Assembly: GCA_903880005.1 (NCBI GenBank)
Contig: CAIRNV010000291.1
Coordinates: 22,265 to 86,264 of the forward strand
Source: an uncultured Verrucomicrobiota bacterium
GTDB taxonomy: Bacteria > Verrucomicrobiota > Verrucomicrobiia > Limisphaerales > UBA9464
Length of the DNA: 64,000 bases
Direction of reading: 5' to 3'
Shown: one piece after another, positions 1-9,982 of the stretch
How the letters are laid out: each line of letters begins with the position of its first letter
How positions within the stretch are numbered: position 1 is the stretch's first letter
The notes under the pieces: generated by a model
Database searches by the model: none
What the model saw: only the letters and a program-made list of their open reading frames with translations
Told to the model about the DNA's origin: nothing
Made by a program: the position numbers and the translations under genes

Positions 1-736
1 CCAGCTCCGTCTCCGACTCCGGGAGGTCAAACGGCAGCCGGTTCGTCTCCGCGAAGGCCGCCACCAGGAAAACCACGAACGAGACCGGCTGGTATAAAAC
101 CAGCCATCCATGGTCCGCCTGCCACTGGATCACCCGCGACAGGTTCAGGTCGCCCACGATCATGAACAACGTCACCACGCTCATCCCCATCGCGATCTCG
201 TAGGAGATCATCTGGGCGCTGGACCGGATCCCGCCGAGGAACGGGTACTTCGAGTTCGACGCATACCCCGCCAGCACGATGCCGTACACGCCCAGCGAGA
301 CGATGCCGAAGGTATAAAGGATCCCGACGTCGAGGTCGGCGATCACCATCTTCTGGTCGCCCAGGTTCGACCCGAAGGGAATGACGCACAGGGTCAGGAA
401 CGCGGGGATCACCGTGATGGCCGGGGCCAGCCAGAAGTACACCTTGCGGACGTAGGAGGGGGTGAAGTCCTCCTTCAGCATGAACTTGAGGCCGTCCGCC
501 ATGGGCTGGAACATGCCCCATGACTGGAGCAGGCGGCCGAGGACGGGGATCTTGAGCGCCAAGGGCGGGGCCGTGCGGTTCGGGCCCACGCGGTCCTGGA
601 TGAACGCGGAGACCTTGCGCTCCACGAGCACCGCATAGGCCACGAAGGTCATCACCACGGCGAAGACCACGGCGATCTTCACGGCGCTGAACACCGCGAA
701 CTGCACGGTGGGTTGGCTGAGCAATTCCTCGATCAT
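1..736 (-). CDS. nuoH: NADH-quinone oxidoreductase subunit H, N-terminal ~245 aa (gene continues past window start)
   Basis: Absent from the ORF track because it is open at the window edge. My translation of the reverse strand from ATG 736..734 gives MIEELLSQPTVQFAVFSAVKIAVVFAVVMTFVAYAVLVERKVSAFIQDRVGPNRTAPPLALKIPV. This contains the conserved ERK..Q.R.GPNR N-terminus of NuoH/ND1. It lies 13 nt downstream of the nuoG stop, in canonical order. Confidence 0.85.
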   Translation of the reverse strand, partial: MIEELLSQPTVQFAVFSAVKIAVVFAVVMTFVAYAVLVERKVSAFIQDRVGPNRTAPPLALKIPVLGRLLQSWGMFQPMADGLKFMLKEDFTPSYVRKVYFWLAPAITVIPAFLTLCVIPFGSNLGDQKMVIADLDVGILYTFGIVSLGVYGIVLAGYASNSKYPFLGGIRSSAQMISYEIAMGMSVVTLFMIVGDLNLSRVIQWQADHGWLVLYQPVSFVVFLVAAFAETNRLPFDLPESETEL

Positions 737-749
737 TCGCGTTCCCTCC

Positions 750-2459
750 TCACACCGGCACCGTGACCCCGAGGTCGCCCAGGCGCGCCCACTCCACCCC
801 GGCGAGGGCCGGGACGTCCGAGGCCATGCGGTTGAACAAGCCCTCGATGGAACGCGATGGCTCCACCGCCCCGAGCGCCACCGCAAGCTCCTGGAGCCAT
901 TCCCACTCGGCACGGGCGTCGCCGCGTGGCTCGATGGCCTTGCCGAAGCGCTGGATCCGCCCCTTGCCGTTGATGAAAGTCCCCCGCTTCTCCACGTGCG
1001 CGCATCCCGGAAGCAACACGTGCGCCGCCGCCGTCGTGGCGTTGGGCAGGATGTCGGAGACGACCAGGTTCCCCACCCGGGCCAGCGTCTCGGACGAGAT
1101 GCCCGCCTTGGTCACGTCCTCGCCCAGCACCACCAACGTGCGAATCCGCCCCTCGTCGATGCCGCGCGCGATCTCCGGGATCGTCACGCCCGCCTCCGTG
1201 AACGACACGCCCGTCAGCCGCGCCCCCTGGGAATTCGGGTTCTTGTCGGCGGACACCAGCAGGCGATCGGGCTCGCCCTCGCGCGCAACGGTGTCCGTCA
1301 ACGCGCCCAGCTTGCGGGCGATGCGGGAGACCAGCCACAGCTCCTCGGTCGTCTGGCGCGAGCTGGCGACGAAGGCCACCGAGCCCTTGGGGGCCGACCC
1401 GAGCAAGGCGGCCAGTTCGGCGATGGCGGACGTCCAGTCGGACTCGGCCCCGCGAAGCAGCACCTTGCCGAGGCGGTCGGGCCGGTGAATCCAGCGGTAG
1501 TTCAGGCGCCCGGAGTCGCACATCCACGGGCCGTTGACCGCGTCGTTCTCCCGCGGCTCGTACCGGTGCACGATGCCCTCGCGGGAACCCACGGTGACGC
1601 TGCAGCCGGTGGCGCAGGAGGTGCAGACACTGGGGGTCTCCTTGAGGAACCAGACCCGCATCTTGAAGCGGAAGTCCTTCGAGGTGAGCGCCCCCACGGG
1701 GCAAAGGTCCACCGTGTTGAGGGTGTAGTTATTGTCGAAGGACCGCCCCGGGGCGGAGGCGATGGTGTTATAGGAGCCGCGGTTGACGATCCCCAGGGCA
1801 TCGTCCCCGGCGACGTCGCGGGTGAAGCGGACGCAACGCGTGCACAGGATGCAGCGCTCGTCGTCGAGCATGATGCGCGGCCCGAGGTCCACGGCCTTGG
1901 GCTTGTGGACCTTGGGCTCGACGAACCGGGAGGCCGCCTGGCCGTGCTGGACGGAGTACTCCTGGAGCTTGCACTCGCCCGCCTGGTCGCAGATGGGGCA
2001 GTCGAGCGGATGGTTGATCAGCAGCGACTCAAGCACCGCCTCGCGCATCTGCTTCGTGGCGGGGGACGCGGCATGGATCTCCATCCCGGGCGAGATGGGC
2101 GTGGCGCAGGCGATGGCCCCGCGCGGCGTCTGCGGCTCGTAGGGCAGGACCGACCTGGCCATCTTGGGCGACCCGTCCTCGTTCAGGACGGGCTTGCGGG
2201 TCGCCGGGTCCATCATGGGGGTGCTGAACTCCACGAGGCACATCCGGCAGTTGCCCGCCACCGGCAGCTTGTGGTGGTAGCAGTAATGCGGCACCTCCAC
2301 GCCCGCGATCTTGCAGGCTTGCAGCATCGTCGTCGGCTGCATCTTGCCCTGCCAATCGGGCATCGTCTTGGGCACCTCGATCTCGCGGCCATCCACCTTC
2401 ACGCGGACTTTCTCCACGGGCGGCGGCGCGGCGGGCGCGTTGGTCACGGCGTTCGACAT
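750..2459 (-). CDS. nuoG: NADH-quinone oxidoreductase subunit G (75 kDa Fe-S subunit)
   Basis: Part of ORF 750..2597. I place the start at the internal ATG 2459 (MSNAVTNAPAAPPPVEKVRVKVDGREIEV), 7 nt after the nuoF stop. Cys clusters CYHHKLPVAGNCRMCLVEF, HPLDCPICDQAGECKLQ and CILCTRCVRF are present, followed by a molybdopterin-like domain. Confidence 0.9.
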   Translation of the reverse strand: MSNAVTNAPAAPPPVEKVRVKVDGREIEVPKTMPDWQGKMQPTTMLQACKIAGVEVPHYCYHHKLPVAGNCRMCLVEFSTPMMDPATRKPVLNEDGSPKMARSVLPYEPQTPRGAIACATPISPGMEIHAASPATKQMREAVLESLLINHPLDCPICDQAGECKLQEYSVQHGQAASRFVEPKVHKPKAVDLGPRIMLDDERCILCTRCVRFTRDVAGDDALGIVNRGSYNTIASAPGRSFDNNYTLNTVDLCPVGALTSKDFRFKMRVWFLKETPSVCTSCATGCSVTVGSREGIVHRYEPRENDAVNGPWMCDSGRLNYRWIHRPDRLGKVLLRGAESDWTSAIAELAALLGSAPKGSVAFVASSRQTTEELWLVSRIARKLGALTDTVAREGEPDRLLVSADKNPNSQGARLTGVSFTEAGVTIPEIARGIDEGRIRTLVVLGEDVTKAGISSETLARVGNLVVSDILPNATTAAAHVLLPGCAHVEKRGTFINGKGRIQRFGKAIEPRGDARAEWEWLQELAVALGAVEPSRSIEGLFNRMASDVPALAGVEWARLGDLGVTVPV

Positions 2460-2466
2460 GGTCGGG

Positions 2467-3873
<1,407 letters not shown>

Positions 3874-3924
3874 GGTCGTGCTTGACTGGTTTGGTTTCCT
3901 CTATAGCCTCACGCGCCTATCGAC

Positions 3925-3998
3925 TGCCCGATGGTGTAACGGTAGCACAGCAGACTCTGGATCTGTTTGTCATGGTTCAAATCCATGTCGGGCAGCCA
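3925..3998 (+). tRNA. tRNA-Gln (anticodon CTG), CCA encoded
   Basis: Manual fold. Acceptor stem TGCCCGA/TCGGGCA. D-arm region GGTGTAACGGTAGCAC. Anticodon stem GCAGA/TCTGT with loop CT-CTG-GA. T-arm CATGGTTCAAATCCATG. Discriminator G plus CCA, 74 nt in total. Coordinates were cross-checked against the overlapping track ORF 3882..4331. Confidence 0.85.
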
Positions 3999-4120
3999 AC
4001 CTCCGCCGAGGCTGGCCAACGTCGAGTCCCCCGCCCTGCAATCCACGCCCCACAACGCCCCGCCCCACAACGCCCCGCAGAAGGCTCGCGCGCCGTGGCC
4101 ATGTCCTGCCGAAGGCCCTT

Positions 4121-4624
4121 TCACCTCGACCCTCCCTTCCCACTGCCGGCCGCCACGATCCGGTCGCAATCCGCCGTCGTGCACCGCTCCACCAAGTCGT
4201 CGTTCACCATCACCACGGGGGCCGTGCCGCAGCTCGCAAGGCACTCGACAAACTCGACCGTGAAGCCGCCGTCGGGCGTCGTCTGCGGCCCATGCCGGCC
4301 GGCGTCCAGGCCGAGCTTCTCCACGAAGTGACGCCGGATCGCGGCCGATCCAGCCAGGGCGCAGCTCAGCGTTCGGCAGACCTTCACGTGGGTGCGACCC
4401 AGGGGCTGCTGCCGGAACATGGGGTAGAAGGTGACCAGCTCGTGGACGTTGATCGGCTGCAACCCCAGCTTCGCCGCCGTCCATTCGACGGCCTCGTTCG
4501 ACACGTGGCCGAAGTGCTCCTGCAACGCATGCAGGAACATCAGGGACGCGCTTCGCCTCTGTGGATAATGCGTGGCCAGCTCGTCGAGCTGCGCCTCCAG
4601 TGCTGCGGGTACTTTGAAGCTCAT
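4121..4624 (-). CDS. nuoE: NADH-quinone oxidoreductase subunit E (24 kDa, 2Fe-2S)
   Basis: 167-aa ORF with the thioredoxin-like 2Fe-2S pattern VCRTLSCALAG ... ECLASCGTAPVVMVND. It lies between nuoD and nuoF. Confidence 0.9.
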   Translation of the reverse strand: MSFKVPAALEAQLDELATHYPQRRSASLMFLHALQEHFGHVSNEAVEWTAAKLGLQPINVHELVTFYPMFRQQPLGRTHVKVCRTLSCALAGSAAIRRHFVEKLGLDAGRHGPQTTPDGGFTVEFVECLASCGTAPVVMVNDDLVERCTTADCDRIVAAGSGKGGSR

Positions 4625-4633
4625 CGTGCGTTG

Positions 4634-5923
4634 CTAGCGGTCGGCCTCGCCCATGACAAAGTCGATGGAACCCAGGATCGAGACGACGTCGGACATCAGG
4701 TGCCCGGGGAGGACGGCGGGAAGGACGCCCAGGTTGACGAAGGAAGGCGCCCGTATCTTGAGGCGGTACGGCGTGCCCCCGCCCCTGCTGTTGATATAGA
4801 ACCCGAGCTCGCCCTTTGGGTTCTCCGCGCCGAAGTACACCTCGCCGGGCGGGGCGTTGATTCCCTGCGTGACCAGCATGAACTGGTGGATCAGCTCCTC
4901 CATGCTGGTCATCACCCTCGACTTCGGTGGGAGGAACACCTTGCCGTCGGCCACCTGGACGGGCTCGTGGGCCTTGTTGTCATGGCCGCCCGGGAGGCGG
5001 GACAGGGCCTGCCTCAGGATGCGGACGCTCTGTCGCATCTCCTCCATCCGCACGAGGTAACGGTCGTAGCAATCGCCCACCTGCCCCACGGGAACGTCAA
5101 ACTCGAGGTCCTTGTAGCAAAGGTAAGGAGAGGCCTTGCGCACGTCGTAGTCCACGCCGCTGCCGCGCAGGTTGGGCCCCGTGATCCCAAAGTCCACCGC
5201 CATGGCCCCAGGGATGACGCCCACGTCGCGGGTTCGGTCCACGAAGATGCGGTTGCGGGTCAGCAGCCGCTCCACGTCGTCCAAGGTGGCCAGCACCTCG
5301 TCGCAAAACTTCTCCACCTTGCCGGCCCAGCCTTCGGGCAGGTCCCGGGTGACGCCGCCGATGCGTGTATAGCTCGTGGTGAAACGCGCCCCCGTGAGCC
5401 ACTCGGCAAAGTTATAGATCTTCTCGCGCTCCGTGAACGTGTGGAGGAAGACGGTCATGGCACCCACGTCCATCGCGAACGCCCCGAGCCCCAGCAGGTG
5501 GGCCGAGATGCGGGCCAGCTCGCAGCAAATCACGCGGATGTACTGGCAACGCGGCGGCAGGGAGTCGTGGATGCCCAGCAGCTTCTCCACCGCCAGCGCA
5601 TAGGCGACGTTGTTGGCGAGCGGGGCCAGGTAGTCCAACCGGTCCGTATAAGGCACGAACTGGTTGTACGTCATGTTCTCCGCGATCTTCTCGTCGCCGC
5701 GGTGGAGGTAGCCCAGGTCGGGGATGGCGCGGGTGATCGTCTCGCCGTCCATCTCCACCAGCAGGCGCAGCACGCCATGGGTGGACGGGTGGGATGGCCC
5801 CATGTTCAGCGCCAGCAGCTCCCCCTGCCCCTCAAGGTCGGGCGAGGCGGCGCCGGGGGGAACGTGGCCGGAGCCGGCGCGGGCCGCCGTATCCTTGAAC
5901 TCGATGGTCTGCGTGGTCGCCAT
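4634..5923 (-). CDS. nuoD: NADH-quinone oxidoreductase subunit D (49 kDa)
   Basis: 429-aa ORF with LNMGPSHPSTHGVLRL and a C-terminal DVVSILGSIDFVMGEADR, typical of NuoD/Nqo4. Confidence 0.95.
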   Translation of the reverse strand: MATTQTIEFKDTAARAGSGHVPPGAASPDLEGQGELLALNMGPSHPSTHGVLRLLVEMDGETITRAIPDLGYLHRGDEKIAENMTYNQFVPYTDRLDYLAPLANNVAYALAVEKLLGIHDSLPPRCQYIRVICCELARISAHLLGLGAFAMDVGAMTVFLHTFTEREKIYNFAEWLTGARFTTSYTRIGGVTRDLPEGWAGKVEKFCDEVLATLDDVERLLTRNRIFVDRTRDVGVIPGAMAVDFGITGPNLRGSGVDYDVRKASPYLCYKDLEFDVPVGQVGDCYDRYLVRMEEMRQSVRILRQALSRLPGGHDNKAHEPVQVADGKVFLPPKSRVMTSMEELIHQFMLVTQGINAPPGEVYFGAENPKGELGFYINSRGGGTPYRLKIRAPSFVNLGVLPAVLPGHLMSDVVSILGSIDFVMGEADR

Positions 5924-5938
5924 GGGTCGTCGGTGGTC

Positions 5939-6520
5939 CTACTCCTCCGGGGTTCGCGCGCGGGGTTCCCGCAGCGTGCTCTCGGCCGTGGTCGGCACCG
6001 TCACGAACGGGCCTCCCTCCAACGGGGCGGTCCGGGTGAAGGCCACCTCCGGGAGCTCCGTGGGCTTGCCTGCCAACGGGAAGTCCTTCCTCAAGGGATG
6101 GTACGGATACCCGTCCCACATGAGGATTCGCCGCAGGTCCGGATGGCCTGCGAACCGGATCCCCATCATGTCCCACGCCTCGCGCTCGTGCCAGTCGGCC
6201 GTCCGCCAAACCCCCGAGACCGTGGGCAACTCGGACGCCTCCTCGGACACGTGCGTCTTCAGGCGCAGATGAACGCCGTGGCCGACCCCATACAGCTCAT
6301 AGACCAGCGTCCAGCGTGGGTCCGAGCCGTAGTTGTCGATGCTGCAAAGGTCGAGGAGCATGTCGAAGCCGAGCGCCCCCTTGGCCACCTTGCAGACGTC
6401 CGCGATGCGGGAGGGGTCCGAGACGACGACGGTGACCTCACCGCGGAACTCGGAGGGCTCGCCGAGGACGTCGCCAAAGGCTTCGCGCAATTGCTGCGCC
6501 AGTTCGATGGGGGTGGGCAC
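5939..6520 (-). CDS. nuoC: NADH-quinone oxidoreductase subunit C (30 kDa)
   Basis: In-frame part of ORF 5939..6805. I propose a GTG start at 6520..6518 (VPTPIELAQQLREAFG), immediately after the nuoB stop at 6523. Contains WHEREAWDMMGIRFAGHPDLRRILMWDGY. The longer track ORF would overlap nuoB. Confidence 0.8.
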   Translation of the reverse strand: MPTPIELAQQLREAFGDVLGEPSEFRGEVTVVVSDPSRIADVCKVAKGALGFDMLLDLCSIDNYGSDPRWTLVYELYGVGHGVHLRLKTHVSEEASELPTVSGVWRTADWHEREAWDMMGIRFAGHPDLRRILMWDGYPYHPLRKDFPLAGKPTELPEVAFTRTAPLEGGPFVTVPTTAESTLREPRARTPEE

Positions 6521-6522
6521 GG

Positions 6523-7137
6523 CTAGACCTTGAGCTGCTGGGTTTCCTCGGCATGCGTGGCGGAAAGCTCGAGGCCGAGCCGGCCGTAGCGGGCGGGCCC
6601 GGAATCCTTCTTGAGCGTGCGGGTGATGGGCTCCCGGCCCACCTTGGCCTGGAGTTTCATCAGGGCGTCCAGCAACGCCTCCGGCCGCGGGGGACATCCG
6701 GCGATGTACACGTCCACCGGCACGATGTTGTCCACGCCCTGAAGCACGGCATAGGACCTGTACATGCCCCCGGTTGAGGCGCAGGCCCCCATGGCGATGA
6801 CCCACTTGGGCTCGGCCATTTGCTCGTAGATGCGACGCACCGCGAGGGCCATCTTATAGGTCACCGTGCCCGCCACGATCATGACGTCAGACTGGCGGGG
6901 CGAGAAGCGCATGACCTCGGAGCCGAAGCGGGAGATGTCGAAGCGGCTGGCACCGGCCGCCATGAGCTCGATGGCGCAGCAAGCGAGGCCCATGGGCATG
7001 GGCCACAACGAGTTCTTGCGGAACCAGTTCAAGGCGGCGTCCAACTGGGTATGGACGACCTCGCCCTCGATCTTCGAGTTATAGCCGATCTCGGCGTTGT
7101 GGATGCGACCCGACACGGGCGACATGGAGGTTTCCAT
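6523..7137 (-). CDS. nuoB: NADH-quinone oxidoreductase subunit B (20 kDa, N2 cluster)
   Basis: ORF 6523..7230. I prefer the internal ATG at 7137 ([13 protein letters not shown]...), because the extension would cover an upstream palindromic site. Motifs [18 protein letters not shown] and AGCPPRPE are present. Confidence 0.9.
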   Translation of the reverse strand: METSMSPVSGRIHNAEIGYNSKIEGEVVHTQLDAALNWFRKNSLWPMPMGLACCAIELMAAGASRFDISRFGSEVMRFSPRQSDVMIVAGTVTYKMALAVRRIYEQMAEPKWVIAMGACASTGGMYRSYAVLQGVDNIVPVDVYIAGCPPRPEALLDALMKLQAKVGREPITRTLKKDSGPARYGRLGLELSATHAEETQQLKV

Positions 7138-7209
7138 AGTGAATGGCCCTGCGCTAGGGCCGCGACCGGCGCACGCTATGGTTGCCCTGTTGGGGCTGCA
7201 AGCGGCTTT

Positions 7210-7225
7210 TGTGAATTGTTTCACA
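7210..7225. promoter_or_regulatory. Perfect TGTGA-N6-TCACA palindrome (CRP/FNR-family type site) upstream of nuoB
   Basis: The sequence ttTGTGAattgttTCACAag lies in a locally AT-rich patch, 73-88 nt upstream of the preferred nuoB start. Coordinates were checked against track ORF 7097..7471. Confidence 0.4.
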
Positions 7226-7427
7226 AGCACGCCCGCGCACGTGCCAACCCCTCGGCATCCAAGCCATCGCGTCGCCCATCAACCGTGCCGCATTCCAGAT
7301 CACGAAGGGCCTGAACAACGCCTCCCCGCGAACAAATCCCCAGACAGCACAAACGCCCCGGCCGAAGCCGGCCGGCCATGGCATCCGATGCTTGCCGCGC
7401 CCGCCCCTGCCGCTTCAATCCTCGGCC

Positions 7428-7766
7428 ATGACGTTGTTCGAGCGCATCATCGCCCGCCAAATCCCCGCTGACATCGTGTACGAGGACGAGCACGTGATCG
7501 CCTTCCGCGACATCAAGCCGCAGGCGCCGGTTCATGTCGTCCTCATCCCCAAGAACCCCATCCCGAGGATCGCCGAGTCCACGGCCGCCGACGCGGCCGT
7601 CCTGGGTCATCTTCTTGCCACGGCCCCGGAGGTGGCGCGTCGTTGCGGCGTCGCCGACACCGGGTTTCGGTTGGTCATCAACAACGGGCGCGACGCCGGG
7701 GAGACCGTCCCGCACCTGCACTGCCACATCCTGGGTGGACGCCCGTTGTCGTGGCCGCCGGGATGA
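7428..7766 (+). CDS. HIT-family (histidine triad) nucleotide hydrolase
   Basis: ORF 7392..7766. The likely start is MTLFERIIARQIPADIVYEDEHVIAFRDI. The histidine triad HLHCHILGG is near the C-terminus. Confidence 0.85.
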   Translation: MTLFERIIARQIPADIVYEDEHVIAFRDIKPQAPVHVVLIPKNPIPRIAESTAADAAVLGHLLATAPEVARRCGVADTGFRLVINNGRDAGETVPHLHCHILGGRPLSWPPG

Positions 7767-7797
7767 GGGCGCCTCGCAAACCCGGCCCGACCGGCCA

Positions 7798-8520
7798 TCA
7801 GGACGCGATGGGAGCGTCCCCGCGTCGAGCCTTCCACAAGAGCCAGACCATCTCCTCGAAGAATGCGCTGGTGCGGGGGTAGGCGATGAAGTCCTCCACG
7901 TGCTCGACGGCCGCGCCATCGGTGAGGTTGTGGGCTCCACGATTGAAGATGGCCCCTGGCAACCGTTGGTGCAGTTGGCGCACCAGGAGCACGAGGTTCT
8001 GCCCGGGCGACCTCCCATGCATGCTGGGCTCGTGATGAAAGTGGAGGTGTTCGAGGCTCGCGTGGTACCGGAGCGTCGCGTCGCCAAACACGATCTCGAG
8101 CCTTACGGCCTGCCGGTCGTAGCCCACCGCAACCAGCCGGATGCCCGGGTACGGCACGTCCGTGTGTTCCTCGCGGGCGTTGAGCAAGCGAAGGAACTGG
8201 GGGTAGAACTGGAACCCCACGAACAATGCGGGCTCGGGCAGCCGCGGCAGGTCCCCCTCGGCCACCAATTCCACGTGGACCCCTTCGGCCGCCAGGGACG
8301 CGGCGACGTTCTGGGCGTCGTCCCCGTCCAGGTCCCGCGCGAGGATCCCGTAGGCGTCGTCGGCCACGAACATGGCGTCGGCCGCCGAAAGGGCATGGCT
8401 GGACAGGAAGGCCTTGCGGAGGGCCTCGATGGGAGGGGCCTCCATGGTGGTTTGCATCAACGCGTAAGTCATCGTGAGGCCTCGAATGCTGTGTGCGCGC
8501 CCAACGGCCCGCCGTTTCAT
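7798..8520 (-). CDS. hypothetical protein (no recognisable motifs)
   Basis: 240-aa ORF, 22 nt downstream of the lipid kinase gene on the same strand. An alternative ATG at 8472 (MTYALMQ) is preceded by GAGG. I recognise no family. Confidence 0.5.
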   Translation of the reverse strand: MKRRAVGRAHSIRGLTMTYALMQTTMEAPPIEALRKAFLSSHALSAADAMFVADDAYGILARDLDGDDAQNVAASLAAEGVHVELVAEGDLPRLPEPALFVGFQFYPQFLRLLNAREEHTDVPYPGIRLVAVGYDRQAVRLEIVFGDATLRYHASLEHLHFHHEPSMHGRSPGQNLVLLVRQLHQRLPGAIFNRGAHNLTDGAAVEHVEDFIAYPRTSAFFEEMVWLLWKARRGDAPIAS

Positions 8521-8541
8521 CCCCTGCCCCCGCCCGCCCTG

Positions 8542-9438
8542 TCAATCGCGACGTTGTCCCCGTCGCCCCGTGATGACGCGCAAGGATCGCGGCTCCACGA
8601 GGAATCGGGCGGGCAACGCGCCCATGTCGTCGCCCTCCACCTGGAAGCGCGCCCCCGTATCCCGGCTGCTCAGGACGAACGACGACGCCTGGAAATGGGA
8701 GACGCCCGGCAAGGACTCGGCCCGCCCGTGCCAGGCCGCCAACGCGGCCCGCGCCATCGCCAGGACGTTCGCGCGCCGCAGCACGGCTAGATCCAGCACG
8801 CCATCATCCCATGCAGCCGACGGGAACACGCGAAACCCTCCCCCGTAGAGGCGACCGTTGCCGATTAGGACCAAGTGGCCGCGGGCCGCAAATCCGGTTC
8901 CGGCGACATCAATCTCCGGGAGTCGGCTGGCCAAGGCCCCAAGGCCGGCCCACACGTAGGCCAGCGGGCCCGTCCACTGCTTCAAGCCCCACCGCACGCG
9001 ACGGATGGCCTCCGCATCAAGCCCAGCTCCCGCGAGTTGAACGAAGCGTCGCATGCCGCCCCCATGCTCGGCGCAGGCGACGTCCAACAGGGACGTCCTC
9101 CCCTCCAGGATGGTCTTCCATGACTCGCCAGGATCCATCGGCATGCCCAGTTCACGGGCGAAGACGTTGACCGTGCCCATCGGGAGGATGCCCATGGCCG
9201 GCCGCCGGGCGGGCGGAACCGCGCAGAGTCCATTGACGACCTCGTTGACCGTTCCGTCACCGCCCGCCGCAACGACCACGTCGGCCCCGGCCTCGGCGGC
9301 TTGGCGGGACAACGTGATGGCGTCGCCCGGCCCCGACGTGGGAAGGAGGGTTGAACCAACGGCAATGGAACGAAGGCGTTCCCGCGATGACCGCGCGCGG
9401 TCTCCGCGGGCCGTCGGGTTGAAGACGACGGCGATCAC
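8542..9438 (-). CDS. diacylglycerol/lipid kinase family protein (YegS/BmrU-like)
   Basis: 298-aa ORF with a GTG start (cac at 9436..9438). Contains the DAGK catalytic motifs VVAAGGDGTVNEVVNGL and GILPMGTVNVFAREL. Confidence 0.8.
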   Translation of the reverse strand: MIAVVFNPTARGDRARSSRERLRSIAVGSTLLPTSGPGDAITLSRQAAEAGADVVVAAGGDGTVNEVVNGLCAVPPARRPAMGILPMGTVNVFARELGMPMDPGESWKTILEGRTSLLDVACAEHGGGMRRFVQLAGAGLDAEAIRRVRWGLKQWTGPLAYVWAGLGALASRLPEIDVAGTGFAARGHLVLIGNGRLYGGGFRVFPSAAWDDGVLDLAVLRRANVLAMARAALAAWHGRAESLPGVSHFQASSFVLSSRDTGARFQVEGDDMGALPARFLVEPRSLRVITGRRGQRRD

Positions 9439-9468
9439 GTGGAAGGGATGCGCCGACGCTGCTGGACG

Positions 9469-9867
9469 CTACTGGGGATTCCCGGAAGGGATCACCAATC
9501 GATACTCGGGCGACCAAACGCTCTCGACGTGGCGGGTGGTCACCCCGGGGTACTTGAAGTCGAACCGATACTTATACGCGACGTAGGAACGGCCATCGCT
9601 GATGGGGATCGCGGCCTCCCAGCGGTTGCGGGCGACGGGGACGCGGGTCATCGGATAGAGCTGCCCGTCCATGTCCACCCACGCCTGTACGTCCTCGGGC
9701 TTCACGCCACGCCGCATGGAGTCCCACGACGCCTCGAACGAGTACATCCGGCTTGGATTGGAGGGGACGGTCCGCGGGGTGAAGTTCGAGACGGACGTCG
9801 TCGAGCACCCCGCCAGCAGCAGCGCCGAGCACGCCGTCAGGCACACCAACCAGCTTCGCACGTTCAT
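9469..9867 (-). CDS. small lipoprotein, unknown function
   Basis: Internal ATG at 9867 of ORF 9469..10191 gives MNVRSWLVCLTACSALLLAGCSTT, a signal peptide with lipobox LAGC. The longer ORF would overlap prfC on the opposite strand. Confidence 0.65.
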   Translation of the reverse strand: MNVRSWLVCLTACSALLLAGCSTTSVSNFTPRTVPSNPSRMYSFEASWDSMRRGVKPEDVQAWVDMDGQLYPMTRVPVARNRWEAAIPISDGRSYVAYKYRFDFKYPGVTTRHVESVWSPEYRLVIPSGNPQ

Positions 9868-9982
9868 CGGGGCGGATGCTTCCCGGGCACGCCAACCCTT
9901 GGCAAGGGACATTTCGCAAGACCGCGCGGGACGGGATTCCGTCTCGTCAGGCGTCCGGCTCCTTGGCAGCCTTTGATGGACG

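Noticed and set aside
27-523. Two overlapping ORFs (27..521 - and 110..523 +) at the window start.
   Set aside because: A different - strand frame, open to the window edge, encodes a clear NuoH N-terminus. The listed ORFs are wrong-frame artefacts.
4046-4075. A 15-bp tandem duplication (CGCCCCACAACGCCC x2) just 3' of tRNA-Gln, considered as a possible att site or integration scar.
   Set aside because: There is no integrase, no second copy of the tRNA 3' end, and no foreign-looking gene content nearby. Simple slippage in a C-rich tract is the more likely explanation.
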